In this document: positions 26,023 through 40,250 of the stretch, one piece after another | How the letters are laid out: each line of letters begins with the position of its first letter | Numbering within the stretch: the first letter of the stretch is position 1 | Translations under genes and position numbers: made by a program | Notes under the pieces: generated by a model | Told to the model about the DNA's origin: nothing | Databases searched by the model: none | What the model saw: only the letters and a program-made list of their open reading frames with translations | Source of the DNA: Octopus vulgaris | Lineage: Eukaryota | NCBI GenBank assembly: GCA_951406725.2 | Contig: OX597826.1 | Location: forward strand, 39,432,001 to 39,496,000 | Direction of reading: 5' to 3' | Length of the DNA: 64,000 nucleotides

Positions 26023-26394
26023 TGCGTGTGTGCCTTGTAGTTCGCTTGAAGCAAAGCACTATATAAGTGAATATATATGTATTCATAAGGGCGCGTGCAA
26101 GTAAATCTTCTTGGTTTAATAGCCTTTCTTTAATGACTTGAAAAGCAACTATGACAAGGCCCAGTGACAGTAAGAGTATACAGCCAAAATTAAGCTTGTA
26201 AACAGAAAGATTTTGGTCTCCTGACGTACTAACGAACTGCTGAATTTCCTTTGAAGTGGAACGGCAACAGATACAAGAGAATAGTAATTTTTGAAGCCTA
26301 TTTACGTCATTATTATCATATAATTCTCGTTTATTTTCGTAAAAGTCGAAACAAGTCTGTGGTTAAGAATGAAGTGTATAAGAGGCTTATCTTT

Positions 26395-26729
26395 TATCTG
26401 TTTCATGATTGCAGCCATGCTGGGGCATCGCCTCGAAGAACTGTTAGCCGAATGAATCGACACCAGTACAATTTTTTTAAAGTTAAGGGAACGTAAACAA
26501 ACCAATACCGGTTTCGAGCGGGGGTAGGGGCCAAAGACAGACACAGAGACACGCACGCAGATACCAAAACACATATATACATACACAACAGCTTTCTTCC
26601 AGTTTCCATCTACCAAATCCACTCACAAGGCTTAGGTCTGCCCGAGGCTACAATGGAAAGTACTTGCCCAAGGTGTCGCGCAGTGGGACTGAACATGGAA
26701 CCATGTGGTTTGGAAGCAAGCTTCTTACC
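26395..26729 (-). mobile_element. SINE family A, diverged and internally deleted
   Basis: taccaaatccactcacaaggc...cagtgggactgaac. Confidence 0.8.
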
Positions 26730-27039
26730 AATATTTATTCTTAAAATCTTAATTAGTTTATTTTTGGTATTTTTTCATTTGTATCGCTTTGTATTTTCAC
26801 GCTGTTCTTTGTCAATGGAACGCAAAAAATAGCATAAGGGTATAAAACAACGAGAAACAAAAAGGTGAACATTCTGTGCTCTTCCCCCTACTCACCTGAA
26901 GACATGCAGGAACACAGCTATTGCTTGATAATGTTAATGTAATACTCGTGTAAAATTCACCAATCAGCAGCTGGTGCTGATGCGCCGAAGCAATTGTGGT
27001 GATTTGGAATAAAGCCAGTTCATTCCATCTTCTCATATT

Positions 27040-27261
27040 GATTTCAAATTTCGAATTTTGGCACAAAACCTGCAATTTCGTAGGAGGGGCTAACTTGATT
27101 ACATCGACCCCGGTGTTCAAATGGTATTTATTTATCGACCTGGAAATGACAAAATGCAAGGCCGACCTCTGGCGGAATTTGAATTCAAAATGTGAAGACG
27201 GACATTTTGCCGCTAAGCATTTTATCCGGCGTGCTAACGATTCAGCCGGCTCACCGCCATG
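27040..27261 (-). mobile_element. SINE family B with 18-bp TSD
   Basis: TSD ATTCCATCTTCTCATATT at 27022-27039 and 27262-27279. Confidence 0.9.
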
Positions 27262-27298
27262 ATTCCATCTTCTCATATTAAAATTCTTATATATATAC

Positions 27299-27329
<31 letters not shown>

Positions 27330-27338
27330 TATATATAT

Positions 27339-27454
27339 TGGCCAACTCGCTTAGCCAGCGGGGTGGCGTCATTTGAATGCTAAAACAATGCGAAGCGCAT
27401 TGTGCTAGCGATGTGTAGCAACATCTGATAGCCTGGTCGGTCACGGTGATCACG

Positions 27455-27458
<4 letters not shown>
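27339..27458. repeat. ~120-bp interspersed cassette inside (TA)n; second copy inverted at 63934-64000
   Basis: acaatgcgaagcgcattgt...tagcaacatctgatagcctg.tcggtcac.gtgat is shared by both loci. Confidence 0.8.
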
Positions 27459-27513
<55 letters not shown>

Positions 27514-28687
27514 GTAACTGAACATACATATATGCATATTAATATGCACCTGCATACGTATATATATACATGCAAAACGTTTAGAAAATGAGGAGATTAT
27601 TCATAGATATCAGAACAAGAATCGCTGCAGATAAATTTTCCTTTTATTACTTAAATTGTCACAAAAGTAAATCTCGATGGTTTTTGTTGGCATTATAATG
27701 CAATAATAAACACATAACACGTGGTTCAAGAATACAGCATGGAATAGAACAGAATGCGACATGAAAAGTTTCAGGTCTTAATCATCAGCAATCAAAGCTA
27801 AATTTACGGGAATGTGTTTGCGAAAATGAGCTCAGGTGAATCAATGTAATAATATATATTGTAGAAGGGCATTAATGTAAGCGGCTTGTATCAGTAGAAT
27901 AATTTAACTTGTAGAGTTAAATGTTTATGAGGAGATAAATTGTCATAAGCAATCATAAAAAAAAGTAATCGGTTAAAAGTATTTAAACTTGTGGAAATAA
28001 TCCCATTATGGATAGAAAGAAAACTGACGGCTAGTCAAATGAGAGAAAGAGAGGAGGGGAGAGGGAAAATGGGGTCGGGGTGAGACAGAGAAAGAAGGAG
28101 AGGGATAGAGAGAGAGAAATTTGTGAGAACAGAGCGAGAGTGGAATGAGAAAGAGGTGAAGGACCGAGTGAAACGAGGGAAGAGAAGAAAGAAAGATAGG
28201 AAAAGAGTAGGAGAGAAAAAAGGACATAGAGAGATTAAACACATTAGTTATAGTTACCGTTGTGAGAAAGAGTATGGTGTCTGTTGTAGAGCGATTCAAG
28301 CAAAAGAGAGCCACTACGTCACATTGCATTTTCGTTTTCTCAATCACTTGTCTCCAACGACGACCGTCTCTCAGCTAATGGATTTTTTATTTATTTATTG
28401 CTATAATACATCTCACTGCAATGACACAAAATGTCGACTGCATGAAATCTCTACACACCTACACATATAAGCACATACTATTTCTATGTATAGGCACACA
28501 CACACGCACTCATATATATATATATATGTATATATATATAGTTTATTATATAGAAGGAGCTTCTACAGGACTAGAACTGTTTCATTCAAGAGAAATCTTA
28601 TACACATACATACATACATACACACACGTAAATAATACATATGTATATGAATACACACACAAGGGCTTGGTAAGTATCACCGCTACA

Positions 28688-28731
28688 CTGAACTGATGAA
28701 GGGTAATATCCAGAAACATGCATGTATTCAG
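28688..28731 (+). ncRNA. Type I hammerhead ribozyme motif, sense to the channel pre-mRNA
   Basis: CTGAA CTGATGA A GGG taata TCC A GAAAC ATGCAT GTA TTCAG. 5-bp stem I, intact core, 10-nt palindrome ACATGCATGT. The cassette ends in (TA)n at ~28897. Confidence 0.8.
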
Positions 28732-30529
28732 GTTGCTGTTCCTAGCTGGTGGGGGTGCTTTCCTCCCCCTTTGCGAATATAAGGACACCAAAAATGTGTT
28801 AAAGCCGACAGGAAGCGTCGATGCTTCCTAGGGCTATATAGCGATGTGTAATTCCCTCTATGGGACTGTCACGTTATGCTGACTTTATACAACCACTATA
28901 TATATATATATATATCTTTGGAATATAGAACATAATCATACGGTCTGCAGATTTAATATTTTCCCTATTTCTACACTCACAGGATATTGCAATATACTTT
29001 TCTTATTGAAACTTGTATGAATGCTATTGAGTGTTTTTCCTTCTGCTTATGCGTGCATATCTCCCCAAAATAAGGCATCCGATGTGTCCTGTTTTTTTCG
29101 ATATAAGAGAAGTGATAAGCAAAACCAGCTTATATTGAGCAACAATAAGAGTGATTGGTAGATGCGTGCCATAAGTTTTCTTGTGTTATCACATCCTAAA
29201 ATGTATTGTTACCTCCAAAAATATCTTGCACATGTAGCATCAGGCTAATCCTTAATATTTTTTTATATCATAGTTAATGCTTTTGCTCCATTGAGTAGAA
29301 TACTCAGGCTAGCTCCAGAATTCTTTTGAAATATTTAATCGGCAGATATTTTGAAGTTTGTTATAGACGCTCCATGTTTGGCCTTGGCGTATCAGGAAAC
29401 TTTACGATCAGCGACATAATAAGCTAATATGCTTAAAATCATTTTCGTCTATGCATCATCTCGTCTATCATTTGGAAAACACTCTTCCACAAAGGCGATG
29501 GTATTAAAAAATTAGAACCGCATGGTTGCAAAGTGAACTTCTAAAGCTTTAGTCCATAATGAAACTAGGCTACCTACATACATCTGCGCGAGCAAATACA
29601 CATATCTACACACACCCTTGAGTGAATATATATCGGTAGTACAATTTATATAGTTCAAATGCATGAGACAAAATAGAAAAAAACCCAAAAAAAACTGGAT
29701 AACTCCTACGCGTAGCACAGCGCCACATACTGTACGTTGTAATGACGGGAAGTCTGAAAACTAAACAAAAGTTATATTGTTCATAATAGAACCAACATTT
29801 CGTTTTTCTTTCTTGAATCGATCGTTGATAATAATTGTTTTTTATAGACGTATTCTCTATTATGGAATTTCAAGTACTTTACGAACCGATATACATTCTG
29901 CATTTACGAATAGCCATTTTTTTAAATAACCAGCTTCTTATAAATATCTACATGAAAATTAAGTTTAAAAAAACTACAAAAAGCTTCAGTGTAACCTTTA
30001 TCATACAAAGCTGAAATTATTAGGTCTAAGCAAAATGACTACCTGCTTAACAAAGAAACGTATGACTCATAAACAGATATTGTAAAAGTTGTAGTAAGGT
30101 GAGGCTGTATCGAAGACTGCCTCATTCACCGATAATTGGGGGAGATTCGCTTACTTTTCAAAATTCAGAATTCCATTTTAAATAAGGACATTGCATCAAA
30201 ATAAAAACTGACTTTACTTATGCGTCAGGAAAGTTGTTCAGGGTGTGGAGAAAATTATATAGGACAATAGAGACAACCTTCAGAAAACGAATGATATTGT
30301 AGAGAGGGTAAATCTGATTGCCTAGCTACAGATAAATATCTCTTTCCTTTCAGAAATGGTGATTTGATAAATAGACCAAAGGTGAAGCAACGATGTTTCA
30401 TGAGTCAATATGATATCACAATAGCCCGCCGCGTTTGCTTTATCATGCTTCATCGATAGAACCAACTTGTAGAATGAAATAATTGTCTATTACATTTTCG
30501 ACTAAAGAGATGATCAATAGATAATGTAA

Positions 30530-30601
<72 letters not shown>

Positions 30602-31104
30602 TGTGTGCGCATGTGCGTTAGTTCAGGTTTCTCTGTGTTCTGTTATGCACCTCACTCTGCTTTCTGTATTTTCACAACTTCAGTGTTGTTATGCTAACCA
30701 TACGCGCGCGCAGACGTATGGTTAGTATAACCTTAACAGACACGCACGTATTTCGTACATATGGTGTATAGACATGAGCAATCAGTTATATGCTACTGCT
30801 GTGAACACCAAGCTCGGAATATTCTGAAATATCAACGTGACACTTCAGTTTATATCGACACCACCAAAACAAATTTTACACATATATCAAGTAAACACAC
30901 CTACAACACAAACTGCCACGTCTGCATGATCACTTGACCTGTTAGAATTAGCAGTCAAACCGCCCCCAAATAAGTCCCTATTCTCTAAAAGAAAGACAAC
31001 AGATATTGTTCAAGACACTATGCCTAGAAAAAGATAGTTGGTCATAACTGGAATACCTTTGATCTAGTTTAGTAACCTACCTGGATAACCTGCGGTTAAA
31101 AACA

Positions 31105-31990
31105 GTAATACAGAATGTTCGGACTAGATTTGATAATTTTCATAAAAGGAAAAGTAAACACTATCCCATCCAAAACTGAAGGTATTTTTAAAAATCAAAA
31201 AATATCAACTAGATTATAGTCGGGAGATAATAGTTTTCTCAAAGTAGCTGCCCGTAGCTTCAACCACAGCTCCAAGACGGCTCCAGAGCCTGACGAATGC
31301 GTTTCTTAGTGCCTTCCAGGGAAGATCTTCGAAGACCTCCATGGTCTTGGCCACCCGCTCGGCACTGATGTAGCAGGTAGAATGGTTGGTTTCTTTTTCA
31401 ACCGCATTTGACACATAGTAATGCATGGAATTATAGTCAGGGGAATTAGGATGCCAGAAATTGTGGCTGACGTAGTCGTAGAAATTCTCCGACAACACTT
31501 TCTGAAGTCCATGTGTGGCAATTGAACTTGGCAAGCGGCCAAGTTCAATTATCATACATGGACTTTCAGCAGCAACTCTTTCCAACCAGGGTTTGACCAT
31601 AGTCTCCAGCTGCTTTAGTTAGTCGTCTGAACTGAGCTTAAGGGCCTGTTCAAAGACACGGGGCAGCATGACTCACCACCCCCACTGGAAACACGTCCAA
31701 AGACAACCACTGCCCTGCTGGCGATATCTTCGTAATCCCTGTTGCAGCTATTCATGTCACGTCTTAAAGCCTTTACAGAGTTCACAGAGCAGCAGCCACG
31801 ATGTTGGCATTTTGATATCTGGCGGGAATCATCATGATGTAGGTAACTCTTTTCCAATATTCAGACAGTTTCCAATTCTCCTTGTCAGTAATTTTTATAC
31901 ACTCTAACTCCATTGACTGTTCACCAATACATGTAAGCTGTTCCTGAAAAAAAAGGAGACATAAAAATCGTCAAGTTCAGCCTGAAGTTC
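31105..31990 (-). mobile_element. Tc1/mariner superfamily (maT/DD37D-like) transposase remnant
   Basis: FWHPNSPDYNSMHYYV..VEKETN...RLGAVVEATGSYFE (WPPNSPDLNP-type motif). Confidence 0.85.
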
Positions 31991-34900
31991 CTGTATATCT
32001 ACCCTACTAATGAACATACGCACAGCTAACGGATTTAAACCTTCTACCAATGATAAGCCTTACAATCATTTCTTACTGAGCGCATACATATAACATAAGC
32101 AAGACATTTTCTTGAACACAAAGTGTCTTATTTATGACTCGAAGATACCTCAGATAGTTCTGCTCTCTAATAATTGATCACCGTGTAGCGGACACAAATC
32201 ATATTTCTCATTAATTTATTGCTTACTTATCGTTCATAGATATACATGGAGGAGAGAATAAGAAGATAGACTAAGTCCCCTTCATTCAACTGATAAAGCT
32301 TCAATCACCGATATTTGACAACCACTATCTCAATCACAAAGCTATTTTCTACTTTAGTCTGTCCTGCTATCCTGCTTCGGCCTCCCACCGTTATTACTAC
32401 AATGGCTTTTGTTCTGCTTCATTAATTAACTTTACCAACTCTAAACATTTTACACATCCACTCTCCTCTCATTGCCAGCTTAGTCTATCTCACCTCCCAC
32501 GTACCGTAGGAAACACCTTCCCACGAACCAATGAAAGGGCTTCTACATAGTTTCTCTATCTCAATGCTGGCCTAAGACTAAATACCATTCCCACTCCACT
32601 ACCACCAGATCCCTACTCTACACTCTTTCAGTACCGAAGCTCTAACAATTTGAAATTCTCAACTTGGTCACGTTTGCTCTCAAGCATCGACCTACAGAAA
32701 TACAATCCAGCATCACTGCTTCAGTAAATTACGTGAGACTGCAAAGGCTGTAGGCACTGTGTGAACCTCTTACCTCATCTCTCATCATCTTCATTGAAAA
32801 CAATTGAAGAAGAAATAATAAAAAAGCTCTGCCATTGTCAAAAAGTCAAAAACAGTCTGGATGGGCAGAAACGGAAAATGAAAATATGGAGCAAAGTTCC
32901 TGAGATCTTAGAAAACAGTAAAGGAATATCATTTTCTAAACCAAATTGCATTAGTGGGTACAAAATGTCAGTAACAAACATCTGCCAAATTACAAACAGT
33001 TTAAATTGATTTGTCTTGGAAAGAACGAAAGTAGAAAACAACGACAAACTACAACAACAACAATAACAAAGAAACATTCTGCTAGTGATAATTTATATTT
33101 ATTTATTTTTTGCTTCAAATTTCAGTCATTTGAAATGAATATATCTTAGTTTAGCATTTTCAAGTACAATAGCAGTTAATGAAGGGTCGCTTTCTACGAG
33201 ATATTACTTTTACCTTTAGCACTTTTAACCTACTGTTTTTTTGTTTTTGTTTTTGTTTTGTCAATGTTTACGAATCTGTGTGTGTAAGTATGTGTCGGCG
33301 TGTATATGTATGTCAGTGCGAATGCGTGTGACTCTTTATATGTTATAGTGAAGACAAATGTGTGTGAAAGAATAAAGGAGAGAAGGAGAGAGAGAAGGAA
33401 AGAGAGAGAGAGAGACAGAGAGAGACTAGTGCATCTAAGTATGCACGTGAATGTGTATATGAATGTCTGTGTCAGTTTATAAGCTTGGTATATGTTCTAT
33501 GTGTATATATGTCTGTGGATATGAGCATGCATGTGCGAATATTTATGTATGTGTGTGCCAATGTGTTTGTGTATAAGTATGCATGGATGTGTGTATATGT
33601 GCATATATGCGTTAGCCTATAAATGATTGAATTAGTGTGCGCGTGTATCTGCGTATGTTTAATTTTGTATGTGTGTATGTCTGTATTTCTTCCTTCTCAC
33701 TTTGATTATATGAAATAGAATTATGACTAAAATAAGAATCTGATTCACTCTTAAATCGAAACTGTGTCAGCGAGTCAAATGTTACTCTTTGATTGTAGTC
33801 AATGATTAACAACAATACAAGAAACCTTTACGTTCTGAGTTCGAATCTGGCTGAAGTCCAACATCTAACCAGCTCTCACGTCCTTTATCTTCTAGTCAGC
33901 TCAAGAGAAAAGTGTCCCTCTAAATCAGCACAAACCGTAACCACTTTTTTTTCATTTCTATTTCACTAGATTGTCTTCCCTTTACAATTTCTTCTTTGTC
34001 CACGTGTTTCCAGATGACATGAATTCCAAATTCAAGAGTGTCAATCTGACACGTCTGGAAGATATTGTGAAGATTTTAGACACAATTCCTTCCTCTAGAC
34101 GAGTGGGTCTCAACTATTTTTTTCCATGTATGAATCACTTTGAACACTATTTTATTTTGGTAGACCCCTATACTAGTTTTATAGATACTTCTTCCAAATT
34201 TCTACTTTGCTTCTCACACATTAACTTGTGTAGGATGAACTAAATTAAATGTCAGAGAAAGAAACCTGGCTGTTTCTTCATGGACATTAAAAATACTACT
34301 GTGGATCTCCAGTTTACTATTTTATTTTTGTGCCCACCCCTAGTCTTATATGTATCACTCACGGGCCATATCGACCCCAGTTGAAAACCACTGCTCTAGG
34401 CCAAGCCATAAAAAATGGGAACTATTAACCATATTAAAGCGTCAGCCATATTACAAGATTTACAATTGTCCCTGTTACCGTTCCGGCTTCTAATTTGACG
34501 ATATCAATTTGACCTTTCACCTTTTTGAGGAGGCCTACAAACAGCAATCGAATTTCTTAGAAAATTAATCAATTAAATTCTTTCAATGACACATTACGAT
34601 TTTTTTTCTCCAGTCATCTTCGGGTGATATTTCTGAGCTAGATGATATGAAGATAGATAAGTATATTCTTTAAAATGTTAACATCCTTATGGCCTGGAGC
34701 AATAAAACAATGGATAGATGAGGAGGATCATTTAATAAAGTAAAACAAAAATCCAAATTGAATCAGCATCCTGGTTAAAGGATATCATCTGAAGAAAATT
34801 GGAAAGAAATAAAAATGTTATAATCGAGAACACGTCCAAGATTAGGCAAACATGCGATATTTTTTTTGTTTTTAGTTTTTGCAAACAATTTGCAGATGCA

Positions 34901-34999
34901 AGTGTTACCAGTTTAAAGCTCCGCATACCGGATGCTAGTAAGTTTAGGGGGTCATCTGGAGAGAATGCGGCCGTTTCGAGACTTACCTCTCGATAGCAT

Positions 35000-35580
35000 C
35001 ATTGCGCATCGCCGAACCCACTGAAATGAGGCCCGCTTGCTAGATCAACTGTTTATCAGGTTTCGCTCAATATTCTTCTAGTCATTACTCATCGTCTCTT
35101 TTTAAAACAAATCTAGTGGCTAGCCTTTTCCATTGTAATTTGGATATCACCCGTGGTGGTATTTGTTTTACGATGTGTTAGGCCTAACAATACCAATAGT
35201 TGCTTCACACTGTGTCCAAGGAATCCTCTACATTCGAAGTTTTCAGAACGGTCAATCTTTCGAGCCCAAGTGGTGTCCATGTTATCTTCATTATGAACTC
35301 TTAACTCGACTAGATGTACCATTGTTGTCCTTTCACACCATATTATGATATCCGGTTGCGAAGTAACCTGAATGGGAAAGTACCCTTGGCAACTTGCCAA
35401 ATCTGCAGCAACCTCCAAATAGCCGTTCCATTTTCCATCGTTCACACGAAATTTCTTCTTGAAACGGATCTGCTGTCCTGGGCGCACGAAGGTAATACAA
35501 TCTCCGGTTCTGTTTGGAAAGCAGAAGCAGAGACTTATGACATCCTGTCTTCACTTACAAGTGAACGCCTCGCTCTCTTA
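35000..35580 (-). mobile_element. HERO-like RLE non-LTR retrotransposon 3' fragment
   Basis: (W)RQDVI, ITFVRPGQ, ADL...FPIQVTSQPDIIIW...LVELRVHNEDNM...RK...CRGFLGHSVKQLLVLLG. Confidence 0.75.
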
Positions 35581-35590
35581 TGTATCCATG

Positions 35591-35623
<33 letters not shown>

Positions 35624-36611
35624 CTAGTTTCTATATTTCTGATATATGTGTGTCTATATATTTATATTGCTGTAGGAATTTCACTTTTTATATGGAGATA
35701 GTTTCTTTTCGTTAGTTATAAATCGAAATGCATGTTCTTGTGTATGTGTATGTGCCTGTATGTGTGTGTGTATGTATATGTGTCCCTGTGTATATGTGTG
35801 TTTGTGGGCATGTGTACGTGTCTGCGCCTGTGTTCGAATACATACACTTATATGTTTTTGTTTACAAACCTCACATATCTGGTATTTCTTAGCACACCAT
35901 TATTGTCATATTTCCCGTTGTTTCGCCATTCTTTTGCTTTTTCTTTATTTAGCTTTGTGTAGCAGTCGATTCCTTATCCCTTAGGTTCCCTGTTTCTGTT
36001 AATTTGTATTTTTGAAACTCGGCAGCAATCATTCAAACTGCTACAATACAAAAATCTCTTTCTGATTCATATACTACAATTACATTTTTTACTTATGTTC
36101 CATAGCAACTCCACCAAAATATCATCAAATTGGTTTCCAATAAGTGCCTGATCTTACACTCCTTCCAAAAATGTCAAAATCTTCACTTTCTTTATATTTA
36201 CATTGATAATAAAGTACATTGAGAAATAATGCCAAAGTTTCTTTCCTTCTATAGCATTTTTTTCTTTTGAAACCCCTTCTTCAATTATTATAACAATATT
36301 GTATTTGTTTTGTTATAGACTCCTGTTGATATTTTTTTTATTTACTCTAGATGTTGCTGGATGTCTGACTGTGTAGGTGTGTGTTAGTGTATGAGTGTGT
36401 GTGTGTTTTGCGTGTGAAAGAGAAAGATGAATAGATAGATAGAGAGAGCGAGTGAAGAGAGAGAGAGAAGAGAATGAGCGTACCATGATTTCATTTATTT
36501 TGCTTATTCTTTGCCCTAATTTTTTTCTCTGTTGATTTTACTTTTGTTGTCAATATAACTTAGAAGTGGAACAAGCAGGCAGATTATACATACATACATA
36601 CATACATACAT

Positions 36612-36642
<31 letters not shown>

Positions 36643-36839
36643 TATATACACACATGTACACACGCACACACACAGAGTTATATATATATTACAAAAACTA
36701 CGTGCGCTTTGTGCGAAGCAAACAAGTGAATGGTGAATGGAGAAATAGAGTGCAGAAGAAATTCTCAATGAGATTTGACACATAAAGAAAATAACACTCA
36801 TTGTTATATTAAAGATTTATAATATAAATTGCACTAAAA

Positions 36840-37315
36840 ATTATCGGAAATGTTACAACTGAGAGTAGTAGCAGGTTTATATGGGGTGTAGGAAAAAAAT
36901 GATGCCAAAATTATAGCATCGGATGTGGAAGCAAGTTTTTGAGTTGGGCGAGTTTTTTGTCTGTTTCTTTTAATGGATTTTTCCGAAGAAAGAACAAAAG
37001 GTGTGACATTTTTCATAGACATCCGAAGGTGGTTGTGAGGGAGGAAGTTGATCTCATTGTATGCTTGAACTGAGTAGAGGTTAAGAAAATGCGTTCACTG
37101 ACAAATGCTGTGATCTTGCACCTGACGGCCAACACTTAACAGCGATAGACCAAAGGTTTCTTAGACACAGTAAAAGTGTTTATTGTGATGATGTTACATT
37201 GGTTAAGATGGATGAAACGTGAGAAGATAATAGATTTGGTGTGGATGGGTAGGAAGAGGAAAAGTTGAGATTCGAGTAGGACCCGTAGGTTTAGAGAAAA
37301 CGATGGTGAAGTGGT
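36840..37315 (-). mobile_element. Decayed PLE reverse-transcriptase fragment
   Basis: Frameshifted VFSKPT / SYSNLNFSSSYP / HTKSIIFSRFIHL resembles the PLE KPT..YL..SSHP.H.K.SIPFSQF.RL motif. Confidence 0.55.
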
Positions 37316-37319
37316 GGGC

Positions 37320-39050
37320 TGGCAACGAAACGACAATCGAGCAAAAAAGATTTTATCAAGAAATTAACGATGATTTAGCATTAGTTCCTGTTGCAGATGA
37401 AAGTCAACAGTTTTGGGGGTGGGACATGGGGGAAACCAGAACAACACAATACTGGAGCTTAAGGACTCTGCAGTCTAAAGCATGCAGCTTCTCATTCCCA
37501 GTAAGAAGCTATCCTCTTTACCGAAGACAATATCAGAAATACGAGCAAAAACATGAGGAACTGCAAATTAGAAGGACCGGATGGCGTACAGGGATTTTGA
37601 TTTAAAAAGTTCAGCATAGTGGCTGTGTGGTAAGTAGCTTGCTAACCAACCTCATGGTTCCGGGTTCAGTCCCACTGCGTGGAATCTTGGTCAAGTGTCT
37701 TCTGCTATAGCCCCGGGCCGACCAATGCCTTGTGAGTGGATTTGGTAGACGGAAACTGAAAGAAGCCTGTCGAATATATGTATATATATATATATATGTA
37801 TGTGTGTTTGTATGTCTGTGTTTGTCCCCCTATCATTGCTTGACAACCGATGCTGGTGTGTTTACGTCCCCGTCACTTAGCGGTTTGGCAAAAAGAGACT
37901 GATAGAATAAGTACTGGGCTTACAAAGAATAAGTCCCGGGGTCGATTTGCTCGACTAAAGGCGGTGCTCCAGCATGGCCGCAGTCAAATGACTGAAACAA
38001 GTAAAAGAGAAAGTAAAAGAGAAAGGTGCCATAAATTAATTGCAGAGCATTTAGATGCTTTGATTGATGGAACAAAAATTCCAGGGTGGTTGATCAAAGG
38101 ACGAACGATGTTGTACTTGAAGGTTGTATCAAAACGAAATGCCGCTGGCAATTACAGGCCGATTCCTTGCTTTCCATTAATGTGGATGCTACTGCTAGGA
38201 GGGGTTGCGGAAGAAATGTATAAATTTCTTGATGATGAAGACATTTTACCAATGGAACTAAAGGGTTGTATGAGGAAATGTAGAAGTACCAAAGACAAAA
38301 TGGTAATGCAAGATAGTAAGCGAAAGAAAACAAAGTTGAAATGACCTGGATTGATGACTGCAAGGCTTCCGAAATGACTCCACATTCATGGATCATTGAG
38401 TGCTAAGATTTAGATATGTTCTAAATTGCAAGGAATGTAAAATGTTTTCTAAAGAGGAATATGGAGGGTTGAAAAATTGAGTTAACATCATACGGACAAA
38501 GCTTGGGCACTTTAGGCATCAGAAGAGGGATTTTCCGAGGGGATAGCTTATCTCCATTGCTGTTTTTATTTTGCATGATCCCTTTGATCGTGGAACAGTG
38601 GAAAGGGAACCTGGGATATTGGTTCAAGCGAAAAGCACAATGAGTTAACCATCTTTCCTTCGTGGGTGTTTTGAAGCTGTATGACGAGGATGAAGTACAA
38701 GGATGAGTTCATTGATGAACAGTGTCCATTGTTTGTGTGCTGATGTTAAGATGGAATTCGGACTCAAGAAATGTAGTGTAATGAGTATGAAAAGAGGCAA
38801 TGATAGAATTACCAAATAGAGAAGTGATGAAACATACTGAATAGGAAGGCTAGAAGTTCCTTGGCATACAAGAGGTCGATGAAATCATGGAGAAGGAAAT
38901 GAAAGAAGAGCTGAAGAAAGAGAATTTTCAAAGACTGCGATTAGTGTTTGCGCTGAAAATTGACTGGATGGAATAAATTCAAAGCAGTAAATACATGGAC
39001 AAGAGTATAAATAATTATACTCAGGATAATGGCCTATACCCGAAAAGTTT
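37320..39050 (+). mobile_element. R4/Dong-like non-LTR retrotransposon RT, pseudogenised and interrupted by a SINE
   Basis: QKRFYQ, ESQQFWG, GPDGVQGF, GRTML, NYRPIPCFPLMW, WID, PHSWI, RGIFRGDSLSPLLF, MEFGLKKC. Confidence 0.9.
37618..38023 (+). mobile_element. SINE family A nested in the R4-like RT
   Basis: Full family A body between RT segments KKFS and CHKLIAEHL. Confidence 0.9.
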
Positions 39051-39246
39051 CAACGAGTAAAAGAAACACAGTCACGCGTGTGTTTGCGTGCGTTTGTTTG
39101 TGTGTGTTCGTTTAGTGTGTTAATGTCATATAACATAATACACTTATAAATAATATACACACATGCATTTGTTTTACTTACAATATGTTATATAATACAT
39201 GTTATATATTATAAATACACATATATTATATACTACATATATTTAC

Positions 39247-39298
<52 letters not shown>

Positions 39299-40217
39299 TA
39301 TATATATACATATATACATGTATATATATAGGTATACTGAGACTAATAACCAGCTGTTAGAATTTATTATATATATGCTTTAGAGTAAAGTGTTAATGGA
39401 GTACAGAGACTAATATTCATTAACAAATGGTAAGAGAACAAAAATCACGTAATCGACTTATATTTATAGCTGTTTCTGCTATAAGAAGCAGTGTACTCAG
39501 AGCTGAGTGCTTGAGAAATATTCTATAGTTTCCTATATTCTATAGCTTCCGGTGCAAATGATATTGGTAACAGGAAAAAAAATCGTTCTGCAGCAGCTGT
39601 TGAGAATGCACGATGCATATTTCTGCTTCTCTGGACTTTGACAGTAGCATGTATATTATTTGTTTTTTAACGCAGCACATCCCTAAGAGATATTATCTCC
39701 AGACGAACACCGCACTAAATTTGCTTTTTGCGTGGTATTTACCTTAAGTATGATACACAGATGTCTATTTTAATCTAATACTGCTTCTTTTGTACATGAC
39801 TCACACACACACGCACACACACAAACACTCACAAACAAGCACACACTCTCAAACATATGCACACACACACACACCCATATACAAATATACACAAACTGGT
39901 TAGAAAACAAATAAAATCAAATACGCAGGTGGAGAGATATACTTAAGTCCTATGTTTGTTTTCCTTTTAACTACTTAAAATGTTTCTTCTATTGCAATAA
40001 TTATTTTCTTTAAAGAAACGCAAACTTTTCATACAATATGCATACATACATACATACATAATACATACATAAGTAAGTACATATATACATGCATACATAG
40101 ATACATACATACATACATACATACATACATACATACATACATACATACATAAGTACGTAAATACATACATACATACATACATACATACATACATACATAC
40201 ATACATACATACATACA

Positions 40218-40250
<33 letters not shown>

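Noticed and set aside
25452-26104. Long HTYI/MYVC-repeat ORFs (also at 39967-40320, 51854-52220 and many YIYI ORFs)
   Set aside because: Translations of (TATG)n, (TA)n and (CA)n microsatellites.
32160-32760. Possible PLE RT remnant (also possible GIY-YIG remnant at ~61970-62410)
   Set aside because: Too decayed to support by eye; needs profile search.
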